A DNA stretch of 64,000 nucleotides from Candidatus Binatia bacterium (lineage in GTDB: Bacteria > Desulfobacterota > Binatia > HRBIN30): contig JBBRSP010000012.1 of NCBI GenBank assembly GCA_038245295.1, forward strand, positions 96,001-160,000. Direction: 5' to 3'. The position numbers and the translations under genes are program-made. Within the stretch, counting starts at the first letter, position 1. Each line of letters opens with the position of its first letter. Below, in pieces: positions 1 to 9,594 of this stretch. The notes under the pieces were generated by a model. It had not been told where the DNA came from and ran no database searches. It was given only the letters and a program-made list of their open reading frames with translations.

Positions 1-1
1 G

Positions 2-178
2 ATTGTCCGCGTCCTCGGCCGCGAAGGCCGGGCTCTGCGTGTGGCCGAGCTCGACGCCATCGACAACACGCCGATCCTCGACATCAAGCCGGTTATGCGG
101 GAGTTTTTGCCGAGTCAGGCGGTTCGCCAGCCAGCATGGTCGACCGAGCTGATGCGGCAGTATTGGACGACAACCTGA
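2..178 (+). CDS. TsaA/TrmO-like (UPF0066) SAM-binding protein, 3' end only
   Basis: Frame 2 reads ...LRVAELDAIDNTPILDIKPVMREFLP...QPAWSTELMRQYWTTT*; LDAIDxTPILDIKP is the UPF0066 signature; truncated by window edge. Confidence 0.8.
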   Translation: MVRVLGREGRALRVAELDAIDNTPILDIKPVMREFLPSQAVRQPAWSTELMRQYWTTT

Positions 179-230
179 ACATCCCCCCGGACCGGTGCAG
201 CGAATGCGTCGAAAGTGAGCAACATATTTC

Positions 231-260
231 TTGACAATGTCCCTCTAGCTCTCTTAGTGT
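231..260 (+). promoter_or_regulatory. putative sigma70 promoter
   Basis: TTGACA-N18-TAGTGT about 100 nt upstream of ATG 363. Confidence 0.4.
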
Positions 261-362
261 CGCCCACACTGACGACGGGTGCGCGAGCAGCGGTTTAGCG
301 AGCGGCAGTTGCGCGTCGTGACGCTCTATTTTCATGGTAGAGGGGGTCGGAAAGTGAGAGTT

Positions 363-3230
363 ATGAACGGACGAATTGCCCTAAGAATGCTTGCGGTAGT
401 TGGGATATTAGGCCTTGGCACCTCGCCCCAAACCGCCGCCGCCCAGTGTACTACAAATGTTCCGTTCAACACCTGCATTCCAGGTGGCGGCTCGAAGAAG
501 ACCGACTGCAACTTCGAGTGGATCATGTCTCCAGCCCCGCCGTTGACCGGCAAGGGCATGCCAAAAAACAAGTACGTCTGTTACGAAGGCGACCTGCGTT
601 GCGACATCGACGGGACGCCCGATAACAACAGCTGCACCGTTGCCGCCAACTTCTGTATCAATAACGAAGACTCGCGCTTCCCCGACTGCCTGGTGACGGC
701 CATCGACGCCTTCCAGGTCAAGAAGCCGAGCTCCACCAGCCTTGATCCGGTTGATAACACCAACCTCCTTGCGCTTGAGTCTGCCGCCGGTGGCGGCGGA
801 ATGGGCGTGTCGATCTTGCGGCAGAATCTGCCGTTCGCGTCTGGTGCGCGCAACTTGAATCACAACATGTGCACCGGCACGGTGCCGATTTTGGTGCCCC
901 TCAAGGTTACCCCAACGGGCAAGCGTCTGACTGGACGACGGTCGCTGAAGATCCAGGTGACGGCCGGCACCGGTTTTATTGATACCGACTCCGTGAAGAT
1001 TCAATGTAAGCCCAGCACCTGCGGCAACGGGATCACGGAAGTGGATCACGAAGCCTGCGACGACGGCAACCGTATCAATGGAGACGGCTGCGATCAGGGT
1101 TGTCAAATCGAGGTCGGCCCGCCGACACCTACAGCGACGCGCACCTCGACCAACGTGGCGACGCCGACGCGAACGCCGACGGCGACACAGAGCGGTAGCC
1201 CGACCAACACGTTGCCGCCGACGGCAACGTTCACGAAGACCAACACCGCGACAATCACGCCGACGCCGACGCGCACGCAGACCGCGACGCGCACCGAAAC
1301 GCCGACCCGCACCGAAACCAACACACGCACTCCAACCATCACCGCAACTCCGTCGCGCACCAACACGCCAACGCAGACGCCGACGATCACGATCACGCCA
1401 ACACCGACATCCACACGTACCAATACTCCGTCGGTGACGCCGACGTTCACACCGACGCTGGCGCCGGACGTGTTCATCGATTCGCCGACTCACGGATCAT
1501 TCTCGACCCTGGCAATTCAAACCGTAGATGGACACGTCACCAACCCGGTGCCGGGCAACATCCTGCTGGTGAATGGAACCCAGGTAAACATCGAGCCGGA
1601 CAACACCTTCTCCTTCAACCTGCCGTTGAGCGCCTCGGCGATCTTCAACCCAGTTGTCGCCGAATTGCAGGTACCGGCGACGGGCTTCAAGGTCCGCGAG
1701 CGCCGCGTCGTCATCCGCGGTCAGTCGGTCGCCGACGGCGCCGTCTCAACCAGCGCGATCGCCTTGCGCATCAACGATACGGGCTTCGACAAACTCGAAC
1801 CGGTGGTGGCAGCCTTGGCGGGCGGCTCGCTGAATCCGCAATCCTTGCTGCCCGCCGGATCGTTCCTGGGAGACTTCTCGGTGCCAATCCTGGGTACCGC
1901 CCACGCGTACGTCGACACGTACCCGCCGGATGGTTCGAGCCAAGGCGGCGTCAGCCTTCAATCCTTCAGCGTGAACGTTGACGCGCAAGCCGGCTTTACC
2001 CAGGTCGACGTCACCTTGAACGGCCTCGAAGCCAACCTTGATTTAACCGGCTCGATAACTTGCGGTCTGCGGGTCAACGCGAGCACCGTTACCATTCGTG
2101 GCAACTACGACATGATTCCGCTGGCCAGCGATCCGGAGAAGCTGGACGTGAACCAGATCAGCGATGTCACGTTGCTCTGGGGCGCGGGACAACCGACCCA
2201 CAGCTGGACCTACGGTATCTGCAACACCTTGTCGTTCCTCGTGGATGCCCTTGTCGATGTCGACGGGCAAGTGAAGAGCCAGCTCGCAAGTGCCCTCAAG
2301 GATCCGGACGGTGCCGGCCCGCAGGACGCGCCAATCGCCGGCGCTCTCCAGGGCGCACTCGGAGGCTTGGCCCTGGGTAGCTCCATCAGTGCAGGCCTCG
2401 GTGTCAACCTGTACATGCCGTTTACCCAGGTCGACGCGGACGTCAACGGCGACTCGTTCGAAATCGGCGTCAGCGCGACCTCGCCAATACATCCGGTTGG
2501 TGCACCCGATTTTACCAGGTCGCTGGTGATCGCCCCTGAACCGTTCCCCGCCTACGGGGCGAATACACCCGGCGGCCGACCGGGGACCGATGTAACCAGC
2601 ACCCCGTACCACCTTGCCCTCGGGTTGTCGGCGACGTCGTTCAATCAGCTCCTGAAATCGTTGACCGAGAAGGGGATTCTGAACATCACCCTGACGGAGA
2701 TCGCCCTGGGCGGCGGATCGCCGATCACAGTCACCTCCGACGTTTTGGGAGTGTTCATTCCGGAGTTCTTCGATCTGCCGGCGGCAACACCACTGAAGAT
2801 CGATATCATCCCAACCGTTTCACCAATCGTAACCGGCTTGCCTGGCCCGGCTGGCGAGCTGGAAGAACTGAAGTTGTCGCAGCTGTTGATCAACATCAGC
2901 GCGGCGGATGGATCGGTCCTGTACTTGAGCGTCGCGGTCGATGTCCGCACCGGCATCAACTTCTCTTACTCCCAGGCCACCAACGCGTTGGCGATCTTGC
3001 TGGGTGCCGTCAACTCCAATGACATCACCACGGTCATTCTCGAGAACGGTATCCACACAGACGAATCGAACCTGCAAGGCGTTGTGCCACTGCTGGTGCA
3101 GCAGTTCCTGCCGAGTCTCACGGGCGGGTTGGGGAGCATCCCGCTGCCTGCGCTCTTTGGGTTGAGCCCGGGCAACGCCCGCGTCAACAAGCAGGGGACG
3201 TTTATGTCGATCTATCTGGACTTCGTTTGA
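363..3230 (+). CDS. large secreted multidomain protein: signal peptide, Cys-rich domain, myxobacterial Cys-rich repeat (DUF4215-like), Thr/Pro stalk, Ig-like domain, C-terminal BPI/LBP-like (TULIP) region
   Basis: ATG 363 gives signal peptide [19 protein letters not shown]...AAA; CGNG..E..E.CDDGN.INGDGC...CQIE repeat at ~1020-1112; TPT stalk; C-terminal motifs [39 protein letters not shown]. Confidence 0.8.
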   Translation: MNGRIALRMLAVVGILGLGTSPQTAAAQCTTNVPFNTCIPGGGSKKTDCNFEWIMSPAPPLTGKGMPKNKYVCYEGDLRCDIDGTPDNNSCTVAANFCINNEDSRFPDCLVTAIDAFQVKKPSSTSLDPVDNTNLLALESAAGGGGMGVSILRQNLPFASGARNLNHNMCTGTVPILVPLKVTPTGKRLTGRRSLKIQVTAGTGFIDTDSVKIQCKPSTCGNGITEVDHEACDDGNRINGDGCDQGCQIEVGPPTPTATRTSTNVATPTRTPTATQSGSPTNTLPPTATFTKTNTATITPTPTRTQTATRTETPTRTETNTRTPTITATPSRTNTPTQTPTITITPTPTSTRTNTPSVTPTFTPTLAPDVFIDSPTHGSFSTLAIQTVDGHVTNPVPGNILLVNGTQVNIEPDNTFSFNLPLSASAIFNPVVAELQVPATGFKVRERRVVIRGQSVADGAVSTSAIALRINDTGFDKLEPVVAALAGGSLNPQSLLPAGSFLGDFSVPILGTAHAYVDTYPPDGSSQGGVSLQSFSVNVDAQAGFTQVDVTLNGLEANLDLTGSITCGLRVNASTVTIRGNYDMIPLASDPEKLDVNQISDVTLLWGAGQPTHSWTYGICNTLSFLVDALVDVDGQVKSQLASALKDPDGAGPQDAPIAGALQGALGGLALGSSISAGLGVNLYMPFTQVDADVNGDSFEIGVSATSPIHPVGAPDFTRSLVIAPEPFPAYGANTPGGRPGTDVTSTPYHLALGLSATSFNQLLKSLTEKGILNITLTEIALGGGSPITVTSDVLGVFIPEFFDLPAATPLKIDIIPTVSPIVTGLPGPAGELEELKLSQLLINISAADGSVLYLSVAVDVRTGINFSYSQATNALAILLGAVNSNDITTVILENGIHTDESNLQGVVPLLVQQFLPSLTGGLGSIPLPALFGLSPGNARVNKQGTFMSIYLDFV
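1119..1460 (+). repeat. Thr/Pro-rich low-complexity coding stalk (TPTxT repeats)
   Basis: About 110 aa of [12 protein letters not shown] repeats; explains the Val-rich and Arg-rich shadow ORFs here. Confidence 0.9.
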
Positions 3231-3255
3231 CCTGAAAGCGAAGTCGGACGGTCCC

Positions 3256-3293
3256 AAAAGAACGGCGGGCGCTGCGAAGCGCCCGCCGTTTTC
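3256..3293. terminator. bidirectional intrinsic terminator
   Basis: 13-bp perfect stem AACGGCGGGCGCT-GCGA-AGCGCCCGCCGTT flanked by AAAAG and TTC, between convergent genes. Confidence 0.85.
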
Positions 3294-3318
3294 ATTTCTG
3301 GATAGCGTTGGAACCCGC

Positions 3319-4197
3319 TCAGCTAGCTTCAGAGCTAGAGGCGACAACGGCACTGGGCTCGGTCTCCAAGTCAATCTGGACTTCCAGTGCGGAGGTGACA
3401 CCGCTGGTGCGATAGCTGCCGTCGATCGGTGTCGCGGCGCTGGGTATTGCCGCGGCTGCCACGGCAATATGGTCGTCCGCAATGGCCAAGCCGGTCACCG
3501 GATCGAAGCCGCGCCAACCGGCGCCGGGTAAGAAGATCTCACTCCACGCATGCAGATATCGTGCGTCCGTCTCGGCGCGCGGTCGCTGGTAGCCGCTGAC
3601 GAAACGTGCCGCGAGGCCGACGAAGCGACAAGCCTCGTTGAACAAGACGGCAACATCGCGGCAGGCACCGCTTCGCTTAAGGAGCGTCGTCTCGGGTGAT
3701 TGCGGGGCTCCTTCGATGCGCAGCGTAGGATCGATGGTTTCCGCCAGTCGTCGCGCCAGCATGGTGAGAAACGTTACCGTGCGACCACCCGCCTCGGTAA
3801 AGACCGAGCGCGCCAGCTGATCGACGACTTCCGACTCTTGTTGACGGAATCGATATGGGGCCAGGGCGCGCGCCAAAGGCTCGATGGGATAGAGCGGCAG
3901 CATTGTGGCCCACGGCGCCAGCACGAAATCGAACGGATTCTGGCGTGTCGTCTCGGCGCTGAACTGGGCAATCACGGTCAAGGAATCGGTCCATCCATCG
4001 AAGCCGGCTTCGACAACGGTGTTCCCCTCGAGATCGAGACATTCCGACCAAGAATAAGGTCGAGGGTGAACCCGCAGGCGAAAGTCCCTGACCCGGATGG
4101 TCCCGTCGCTACGCGGTCGAAAGCGCAGGGTGTGCCGGTCGAGCTGAACCGGGGAGGAGTAGCGGTAACGGCTGGTGTGCTGGACTTGGAATAGCAT
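3319..4197 (-). CDS. transglutaminase family protein (Bact_transglu_N + Transglut_core)
   Basis: N-terminal H.SRY.YSSPV..LRFRP; catalytic triad GACRD / HAWSE / GFDP; ARFVSGY. Confidence 0.92.
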   Translation of the reverse strand: MLFQVQHTSRYRYSSPVQLDRHTLRFRPRSDGTIRVRDFRLRVHPRPYSWSECLDLEGNTVVEAGFDGWTDSLTVIAQFSAETTRQNPFDFVLAPWATMLPLYPIEPLARALAPYRFRQQESEVVDQLARSVFTEAGGRTVTFLTMLARRLAETIDPTLRIEGAPQSPETTLLKRSGACRDVAVLFNEACRFVGLAARFVSGYQRPRAETDARYLHAWSEIFLPGAGWRGFDPVTGLAIADDHIAVAAAAIPSAATPIDGSYRTSGVTSALEVQIDLETEPSAVVASSSEAS

Positions 4198-4198
4198 C

Positions 4199-4951
4199 TC
4201 AAGAACTAGCCGGGATCCGTGGCTTGACCTTCAGGCGGCTGAGCAGGGGGGCGGTCCAGTCCGACGAAAGCTCGCCGACCGAGCGTCTCAATCGTTCCTG
4301 CCACCACGCCGAGATCTCGGCGAGGTCCGACTTCTGGTAGCTGTGCCGCACGAGCTCGAAAGAGTCACGCGCGCACAGGACGACTTCGAGGGGGAAGTCG
4401 ACGTCAGCGGCACTGATGCGCGTCGAATCAAACGCCAAGCAGCCCACTTTCAGCGCAAAGGCCATCGGATCTTCGTATTTCAACGTTCGATCCAGCACCG
4501 GCTTGCCGTAGCCGGGAGCGCCGATGATCTGATACGGCGTGCCGGCACCGACCTCAACCCAATTGGCCTGCGGATACACCATGTACAACTTGTGTTCGCG
4601 GTCGCGGTCAAACTGCCCACCGACAAGGGCATGAAAAGAAAATGACAGGCCGCTTTCTTCGAGCGCGGCTCGATCCTCCTCCGCGACACGCCTGACCTGA
4701 GCAGCCAACGCGTTCACGCCTTTGAACAGCCGATCGAACGATCCACCGCTCTCGTCGATGACTTCCTCGAAGTACGTCAGAGCCTTGTCTCGCACCGAGC
4801 GCAGGCCCGACGTCATGATGAACATCGCTTGCCTATCCGCCACGTGCGTGTAGATCTTGCTCGCCGTAATGCACTCACTGCCGCTGGTGATCAGGCTGTC
4901 CGCCATCGCCACCAATCCGTCTTCCACCTTGATGCCCAGACAAAACGTCAT
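4199..4951 (-). CDS. anbu: proteasome-type Ntn protease Anbu
   Basis: MTFCLGIKVEDGLVAMADS (N-terminal Thr nucleophile), YQIIG..YGKPVLDR, FDSTRIS..DV.FP; canonical operon context. Confidence 0.9.
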   Translation of the reverse strand: MTFCLGIKVEDGLVAMADSLITSGSECITASKIYTHVADRQAMFIMTSGLRSVRDKALTYFEEVIDESGGSFDRLFKGVNALAAQVRRVAEEDRAALEESGLSFSFHALVGGQFDRDREHKLYMVYPQANWVEVGAGTPYQIIGAPGYGKPVLDRTLKYEDPMAFALKVGCLAFDSTRISAADVDFPLEVVLCARDSFELVRHSYQKSDLAEISAWWQERLRRSVGELSSDWTAPLLSRLKVKPRIPASS

Positions 4952-5943
4952 TGTTGAGATCCCGCCTCGAATGCTTGGCCGCTCATGGAGGTTACGCCCG
5001 GCACAATCGAGAAGAATGTCTCTTGAATGGCGCCGCCCAGGAGATTGAGTCGCGTCTGAAGGTCGTCGAGATACCCGTGTACGCCGCGCTGCAGAATGCC
5101 CCCGGCGTCGGTAAACGCCAACTCGGCCCGCAGTTGACCGAGTCGCTGCTCGGCCAGGTTGCAGAACGTTCCGCTCGAAGTCCCGGAAATCGCGTGCAGC
5201 GATTCATCCGCCGCAATCAGACAGAACTGCACCGACCGCGGAAACTCACGGTCGAGCAGAAGGAAGCGGACGATGCGGTCTGGCTCGACCCGACCATAAC
5301 GCTGCCGATACATCTGCAATCCACTGGCGGAATTTAGAACCGCCGCCCACTGGATGTCGTCGAGGGGTGTGCCCACGTAGGTGCCTTCGGGCAAGAGGGC
5401 GAGAAATTTGACGTCGAGGATCCGCGTCGTCTTGTCGGCGCGCTCCAGCTTCCGCCCCACCCGGCAGAAGTGCCAGGCCTCGCCGTGCGACATTGTCGAG
5501 TCGGCAATGCCGACGAACAGGTGACTGGCACGGCGCACCCGTTCGAAGAATTCGTGTGAGGCGGCCGGGCGACCGGCCCGCGCCGCATCCTGCACCAGGA
5601 GATAGAAGGTATTCAGTTGCTCCCACATCTCCGTGCTGATGACATCGCGCACCATGCGCGCGTTTTCGCGAGCAGCGCTGATACACGACAGGATGGCGTT
5701 GGGATATCGCGTGTCGAAGGCGAGGAATTCGATGACGTTCTTGGCGGTGGCGGATGGATACCGTTCGTAGAAATATTCCCGGTCGCCGGTCGTATTGACC
5801 AACGCCTCCCACTGCACACGAATCGCATCGGGCGGCAAATCGGGAATCAACTGACGATTCACTTCCACGAAGCGAGCTACGTTCTCGGCCCGCTCGATGT
5901 AGCGACTCATCCAATGAATGGAATCAGCAACGCGACTCAGCAT
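4948..5943 (-). CDS. alpha-E domain protein (DUF403)
   Basis: MLSRVADSIHWMSRYIERAEN, ARENAR..RD.IS.EMWE, LERADKT.RILDVK, FPRS. Confidence 0.93.
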   Translation of the reverse strand: MLSRVADSIHWMSRYIERAENVARFVEVNRQLIPDLPPDAIRVQWEALVNTTGDREYFYERYPSATAKNVIEFLAFDTRYPNAILSCISAARENARMVRDVISTEMWEQLNTFYLLVQDAARAGRPAASHEFFERVRRASHLFVGIADSTMSHGEAWHFCRVGRKLERADKTTRILDVKFLALLPEGTYVGTPLDDIQWAAVLNSASGLQMYRQRYGRVEPDRIVRFLLLDREFPRSVQFCLIAADESLHAISGTSSGTFCNLAEQRLGQLRAELAFTDAGGILQRGVHGYLDDLQTRLNLLGGAIQETFFSIVPGVTSMSGQAFEAGSQQ

Positions 5944-5949
5944 AAACGA

Positions 5950-7455
5950 TCACAGCTCTCCGGCTGCCCCCACTTCCTCCGGTTCGGTGGCCGTGGTGGC
6001 CGTCTCAACCCGCGGTCCGACAACCCAGGTATCCTTGCTGCCACCACCCTGCGACGAGTTCACGACCAGCGACCCTTTACGCAGCGCCACACGAGTCAAT
6101 CCTCCGGGCAAGACGTAGATATCGCGTCCATACAGCACGAAGGGCCGCAGATCGATGTGACGCCCTTCAAAGTGGTCGTCCACCAACACCGGTGCGCGCG
6201 ACAGACTCAGCGTTGGCTGCGCGATGTAGTTGCGCGGATCGGCGGTGACTCGCGCCGCAAATTCCTCGCGCTCCTTGGCCGTCGAGTGCGGGCCAACCAA
6301 CATGCCATAACCGCCGGATTCATTGGCGGCTTTGACGACAAGGTCCTCGAGGTGCTCCAGCACGTACGAACGATCCATCTCATCAGCGCAGACGTAGGTC
6401 GGAACATTGGGAAGGATGATGTCTTCATCCAGATAGTATTTCACCAGCTTCGGCACGTACGCGTAGACAACCTTGTCGTCGGCAACACCGGTGCCCGGTG
6501 CGTTGACGATGGCGATGCGACCGGCGCGATACACGCTCATCAAGCCAGGGACACCCAGCATCGAATCGGGACGGAATGTCTCCGGATCGATGAAATCGTC
6601 GTCGATGCGGCGGTAGAGCACGTCGACCCGACGCAAGCCCTTGGTGGTGCGCATGCAGACGTACCCGTCGGCAACCACGAGATCGCGACCTTCGACGAGC
6701 TCGACACCCATGTTTTGCGCCAGGAAGGAGTGTTCGAAGTACGCCGAGTTGTACATACCAGGCGTCAGCACGGCGACCGTTGGCACGGAGGCGGTGGGCG
6801 GCGCAACGTACTGCAGCATTTCCAGAAGGCGACTCGGGTAGTCGTCGACGGGGCGGACCTGGTACGCTTCGAATGCCTCCGGGAATGTGCGCTTCATGAT
6901 GTGCCGATTCTCCAGCACATAGGAAACGCCAGACGGACAACGCAGATTGTCTTCCAGCACGTAGATCGTTCCATCGCGATCACGCACCAGATCCGTGCCG
7001 GTAATGTGGCACCACACACCGCGCGGCGGATGCAATCCGACACACGCGGCACGAAAGGATTTCGCAGAGTTCAGAATCTCGGCGGGGATAATCCCGTCCT
7101 TTAGAACGTGTTGATCATGGTACAGATCGTCGATGAACATGTTCAGCGCGCGGACGCGTTGCTTCAACCCGCGCTCGATTCGATCCCAGTCCGCCGAGCT
7201 GACGATGCGCGGAACGATATCAAAGGGAAAAATCCGCTCCTGGCCACCCTCGTCGCCATACACCTTAAACGTAATACCCATCTGCAGCAGGAGCCGCTCG
7301 GCGGCTCGTTGCCGTGAGCGGAGCTCCTCCTCAGAGAACGACTCGAGGCGTTGGAAGAGAAGATCCGCATCAGCGCGCGGGCTGCCCGCCGGCGCTAGAA
7401 GCTCGTCGAAAAACTTGTCTTCATCGTAGGTGTAACGCCAACCGTGCTGCTCCAT
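5950..7455 (-). CDS. circularly permuted type 2 ATP-grasp protein (DUF404/DUF407)
   Basis: [72 protein letters not shown]. Confidence 0.95.
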   Translation of the reverse strand: MEQHGWRYTYDEDKFFDELLAPAGSPRADADLLFQRLESFSEEELRSRQRAAERLLLQMGITFKVYGDEGGQERIFPFDIVPRIVSSADWDRIERGLKQRVRALNMFIDDLYHDQHVLKDGIIPAEILNSAKSFRAACVGLHPPRGVWCHITGTDLVRDRDGTIYVLEDNLRCPSGVSYVLENRHIMKRTFPEAFEAYQVRPVDDYPSRLLEMLQYVAPPTASVPTVAVLTPGMYNSAYFEHSFLAQNMGVELVEGRDLVVADGYVCMRTTKGLRRVDVLYRRIDDDFIDPETFRPDSMLGVPGLMSVYRAGRIAIVNAPGTGVADDKVVYAYVPKLVKYYLDEDIILPNVPTYVCADEMDRSYVLEHLEDLVVKAANESGGYGMLVGPHSTAKEREEFAARVTADPRNYIAQPTLSLSRAPVLVDDHFEGRHIDLRPFVLYGRDIYVLPGGLTRVALRKGSLVVNSSQGGGSKDTWVVGPRVETATTATEPEEVGAAGEL

Positions 7456-7480
7456 GCGTAAAACCTCGAGGCGTTTCTAC

Positions 7481-7496
7481 TGCACCGATCGTGCCC
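7481..7496 (-). promoter_or_regulatory. putative sigma54 (-24/-12) promoter of the Anbu operon
   Basis: Minus strand GGGCAC-GATCG-GTGCA with correct GG...GC spacing, 25 nt upstream of ATG 7455. Confidence 0.55.
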
Positions 7497-7608
7497 ACAC
7501 GTCGAAGACACGAGCACGAACAGCAGAACGACCGCGCACCGATCGTTCACTGCCTAGTGCTTAATCAGGGGCTGCCTGCAAAGGCAGCAACGGTCATAAG
7601 GTCGGACG

Positions 7609-8766
7609 TTAGCCGGCGCGCATCAGGTCGGCGAAGTTACCGCGATAGAATGCGTCGAGCTCGGCCTCGCTGCGTCCCTGCAACGTGTCGCCAAAACGTT
7701 TTAACGGGTTACGTCCGCCCTCGACGTGCGGGTAGTCCGATGAGAACATGAAAATCTCAGGGCCGCAGGTGTCGATCAGCCGGCCGACGTTTTCGGTTGG
7801 ATAGGGCGTGATGCGCACCTGACGACGCACGTATTCGGTGGGCCTCAAACTCAGGCCGCGCATCCGACTTTCGGTACGTCCGAAGGTGTCGACGACGATC
7901 TCCAGACGCTCGAGCCAAGCCGGAACCCAAACCGCGCCGAGCTCGATGACACCCACCATCAAACGCGGGAACTTCTCCAGAACCTGATCGAAGATGAGCG
8001 CCGCGACGGCGATCTCGACCCACTGACTGACGGCCATGTACAACAAGCCGGTAAAATTCTCGCCGCCGCCGTGGAAATCCGTCTGCCCTTCGAAGCCGTT
8101 TTCCTCGAAGCCTTTGGCGATCTTACGCCGCGCCTCGTTCTCGACATGGAACAAGATCGGCACACCCGCTTCTTCAGCGAGAGCGTACATTGGGTGAAGC
8201 GATGGATGGGTGATCGAGTGCGAATCGACGGGCAACGGCGGAATCGTCAGCCCCTTGATACCGTTGTTGACGGCGAAACGCGCTTCCTCAATTGCCCGAT
8301 TGGCATCATCGAGCGGCACAAAGGTGACCGGCAAGAGACGCTTGTCGGCAGCGCAGAACTCCAGCATACCGCGGGTCAGAGCGCGTGTGGCGGCATACTT
8401 CGCCTCGATGTCCGAAGCTCGCTCGCACTGCCCTGGGGCGAACGTCGAGAACACCAGTTGCTGATGATAGCCGAGGAGGTCGAGCGCGCGGCGGCGATCC
8501 TCGGCATGAAACGCGCCGTACGCATCCCAGCTCTTGCGCGTCAGCAGCTCCGCTTCATGAGCCTGTCGTTGTTCCGTGTCGATGCCGGCGCGCGCGCGAC
8601 CGCGCTCAATCATCGCCTCGACGTGCCAACGTGTGCCCGTGCTGCCAAGAGAGAACGGCTTCACTCGATCGCGAAACTGAGGATCACAATACGAGGGAAG
8701 CCAGTCCGGCAGCTCCATGATGTGGGAGTCGGCGTCGAGATACGTGCGGCCTTCGGCGTATGGCAT
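7609..8766 (-). CDS. amidohydrolase family protein (Amidohydro_2)
   Basis: DADSH metal motif, ILFH, IELG..W, FSSDYPHVEG; start ATG 8766 preferred over 8796. Confidence 0.9.
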   Translation of the reverse strand: MPYAEGRTYLDADSHIMELPDWLPSYCDPQFRDRVKPFSLGSTGTRWHVEAMIERGRARAGIDTEQRQAHEAELLTRKSWDAYGAFHAEDRRRALDLLGYHQQLVFSTFAPGQCERASDIEAKYAATRALTRGMLEFCAADKRLLPVTFVPLDDANRAIEEARFAVNNGIKGLTIPPLPVDSHSITHPSLHPMYALAEEAGVPILFHVENEARRKIAKGFEENGFEGQTDFHGGGENFTGLLYMAVSQWVEIAVAALIFDQVLEKFPRLMVGVIELGAVWVPAWLERLEIVVDTFGRTESRMRGLSLRPTEYVRRQVRITPYPTENVGRLIDTCGPEIFMFSSDYPHVEGGRNPLKRFGDTLQGRSEAELDAFYRGNFADLMRAG

Positions 8767-8814
8767 ACCCCCAGGGTTACAGGGTTCCAGGGGCAAGTTG
8801 CAACAATCAACCGC

Positions 8815-9582
8815 TCAGAAGGTGTCGGGACGCAACATCGCGTCGCTGCCACCGTCGACGTAGAGAACGGTTCCGCAGCAGAAGGCTCCCTCTGGGCCGA
8901 GCAAAAACCCGATCGCCGCCGCGATCTGCTCGGGCTTGCCGAAGCTGCCAAGCGGGATGGGGAAACCGCGAATCGCGTCGCCATAACGCGGATCATCGAG
9001 ACCACGTTGGAGAAGCGGGGTTTGCACCGCCCCTGGCGCTACGGCGTTCAATCGAATCGCCGAGCCGGCCCATGCTTGCTGCGTCGCCTGCCGCCGCACC
9101 CAACGCGCCAGGGCAAGCTTGGACCCGGCGTAGACTTGCTGCCCGAACAGGGTCGACGCGAGGGCGCGAGCCTTGTCTTCGTCGTTCTCGAGACAAGCAT
9201 CGACCAGGGGTCCGTCCATTCCAGGAATCGTTGCAGAGTTCGAAGAGACGGCAACGGCCGCCGCGACGGCACCATGCGCCAAGGCCGGTTGCAGCCCACC
9301 GAGCAGCGCGACGGCACCGAAGTAGTTCACCGAAACAATCGCCGCGGCATCGTCGATGTGTGGGCCCAGGCCGGCACACGCCACCAACCCATCGAGCTTA
9401 CCGTCACACAGCGCCGACACGCCACGTACCGCCGCGGCGCGCCCCTCCACGGTGGAGAGATCGGCGTTCACCTCCGCACCGGCAACGTCAACGCCAACGA
9501 CGCGGCACCCGTCCGACTCCAGGTGAGCTCGCGTCGCCGCTCCGATTCCCGATGCACTGCCAGAAATCGCGATCGTACGCAT
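8815..9582 (-). CDS. SDR oxidoreductase, 3-alpha-hydroxysteroid dehydrogenase-like
   Basis: ISGSASGIG, NYFG, YAGSKLAL, RLNAVAPG.VQTPLL, VDGGSDA..RPD.F. Confidence 0.88.
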   Translation of the reverse strand: MRTIAISGSASGIGAATRAHLESDGCRVVGVDVAGAEVNADLSTVEGRAAAVRGVSALCDGKLDGLVACAGLGPHIDDAAAIVSVNYFGAVALLGGLQPALAHGAVAAAVAVSSNSATIPGMDGPLVDACLENDEDKARALASTLFGQQVYAGSKLALARWVRRQATQQAWAGSAIRLNAVAPGAVQTPLLQRGLDDPRYGDAIRGFPIPLGSFGKPEQIAAAIGFLLGPEGAFCCGTVLYVDGGSDAMLRPDTF

Positions 9583-9594
9583 GGTGTCCTCGAG

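Noticed and set aside
1078..1493. Arg-rich and Val/Gly-rich ORFs
   Set aside because: Alternative-frame readings of the Thr/Pro stalk
5617..7104. 495-aa + strand ORF (also 8071-9732, 48506-49753, 59168-61273 and similar)
   Set aside because: Antisense shadows of well-supported genes in high-GC DNA; no motifs and biased composition
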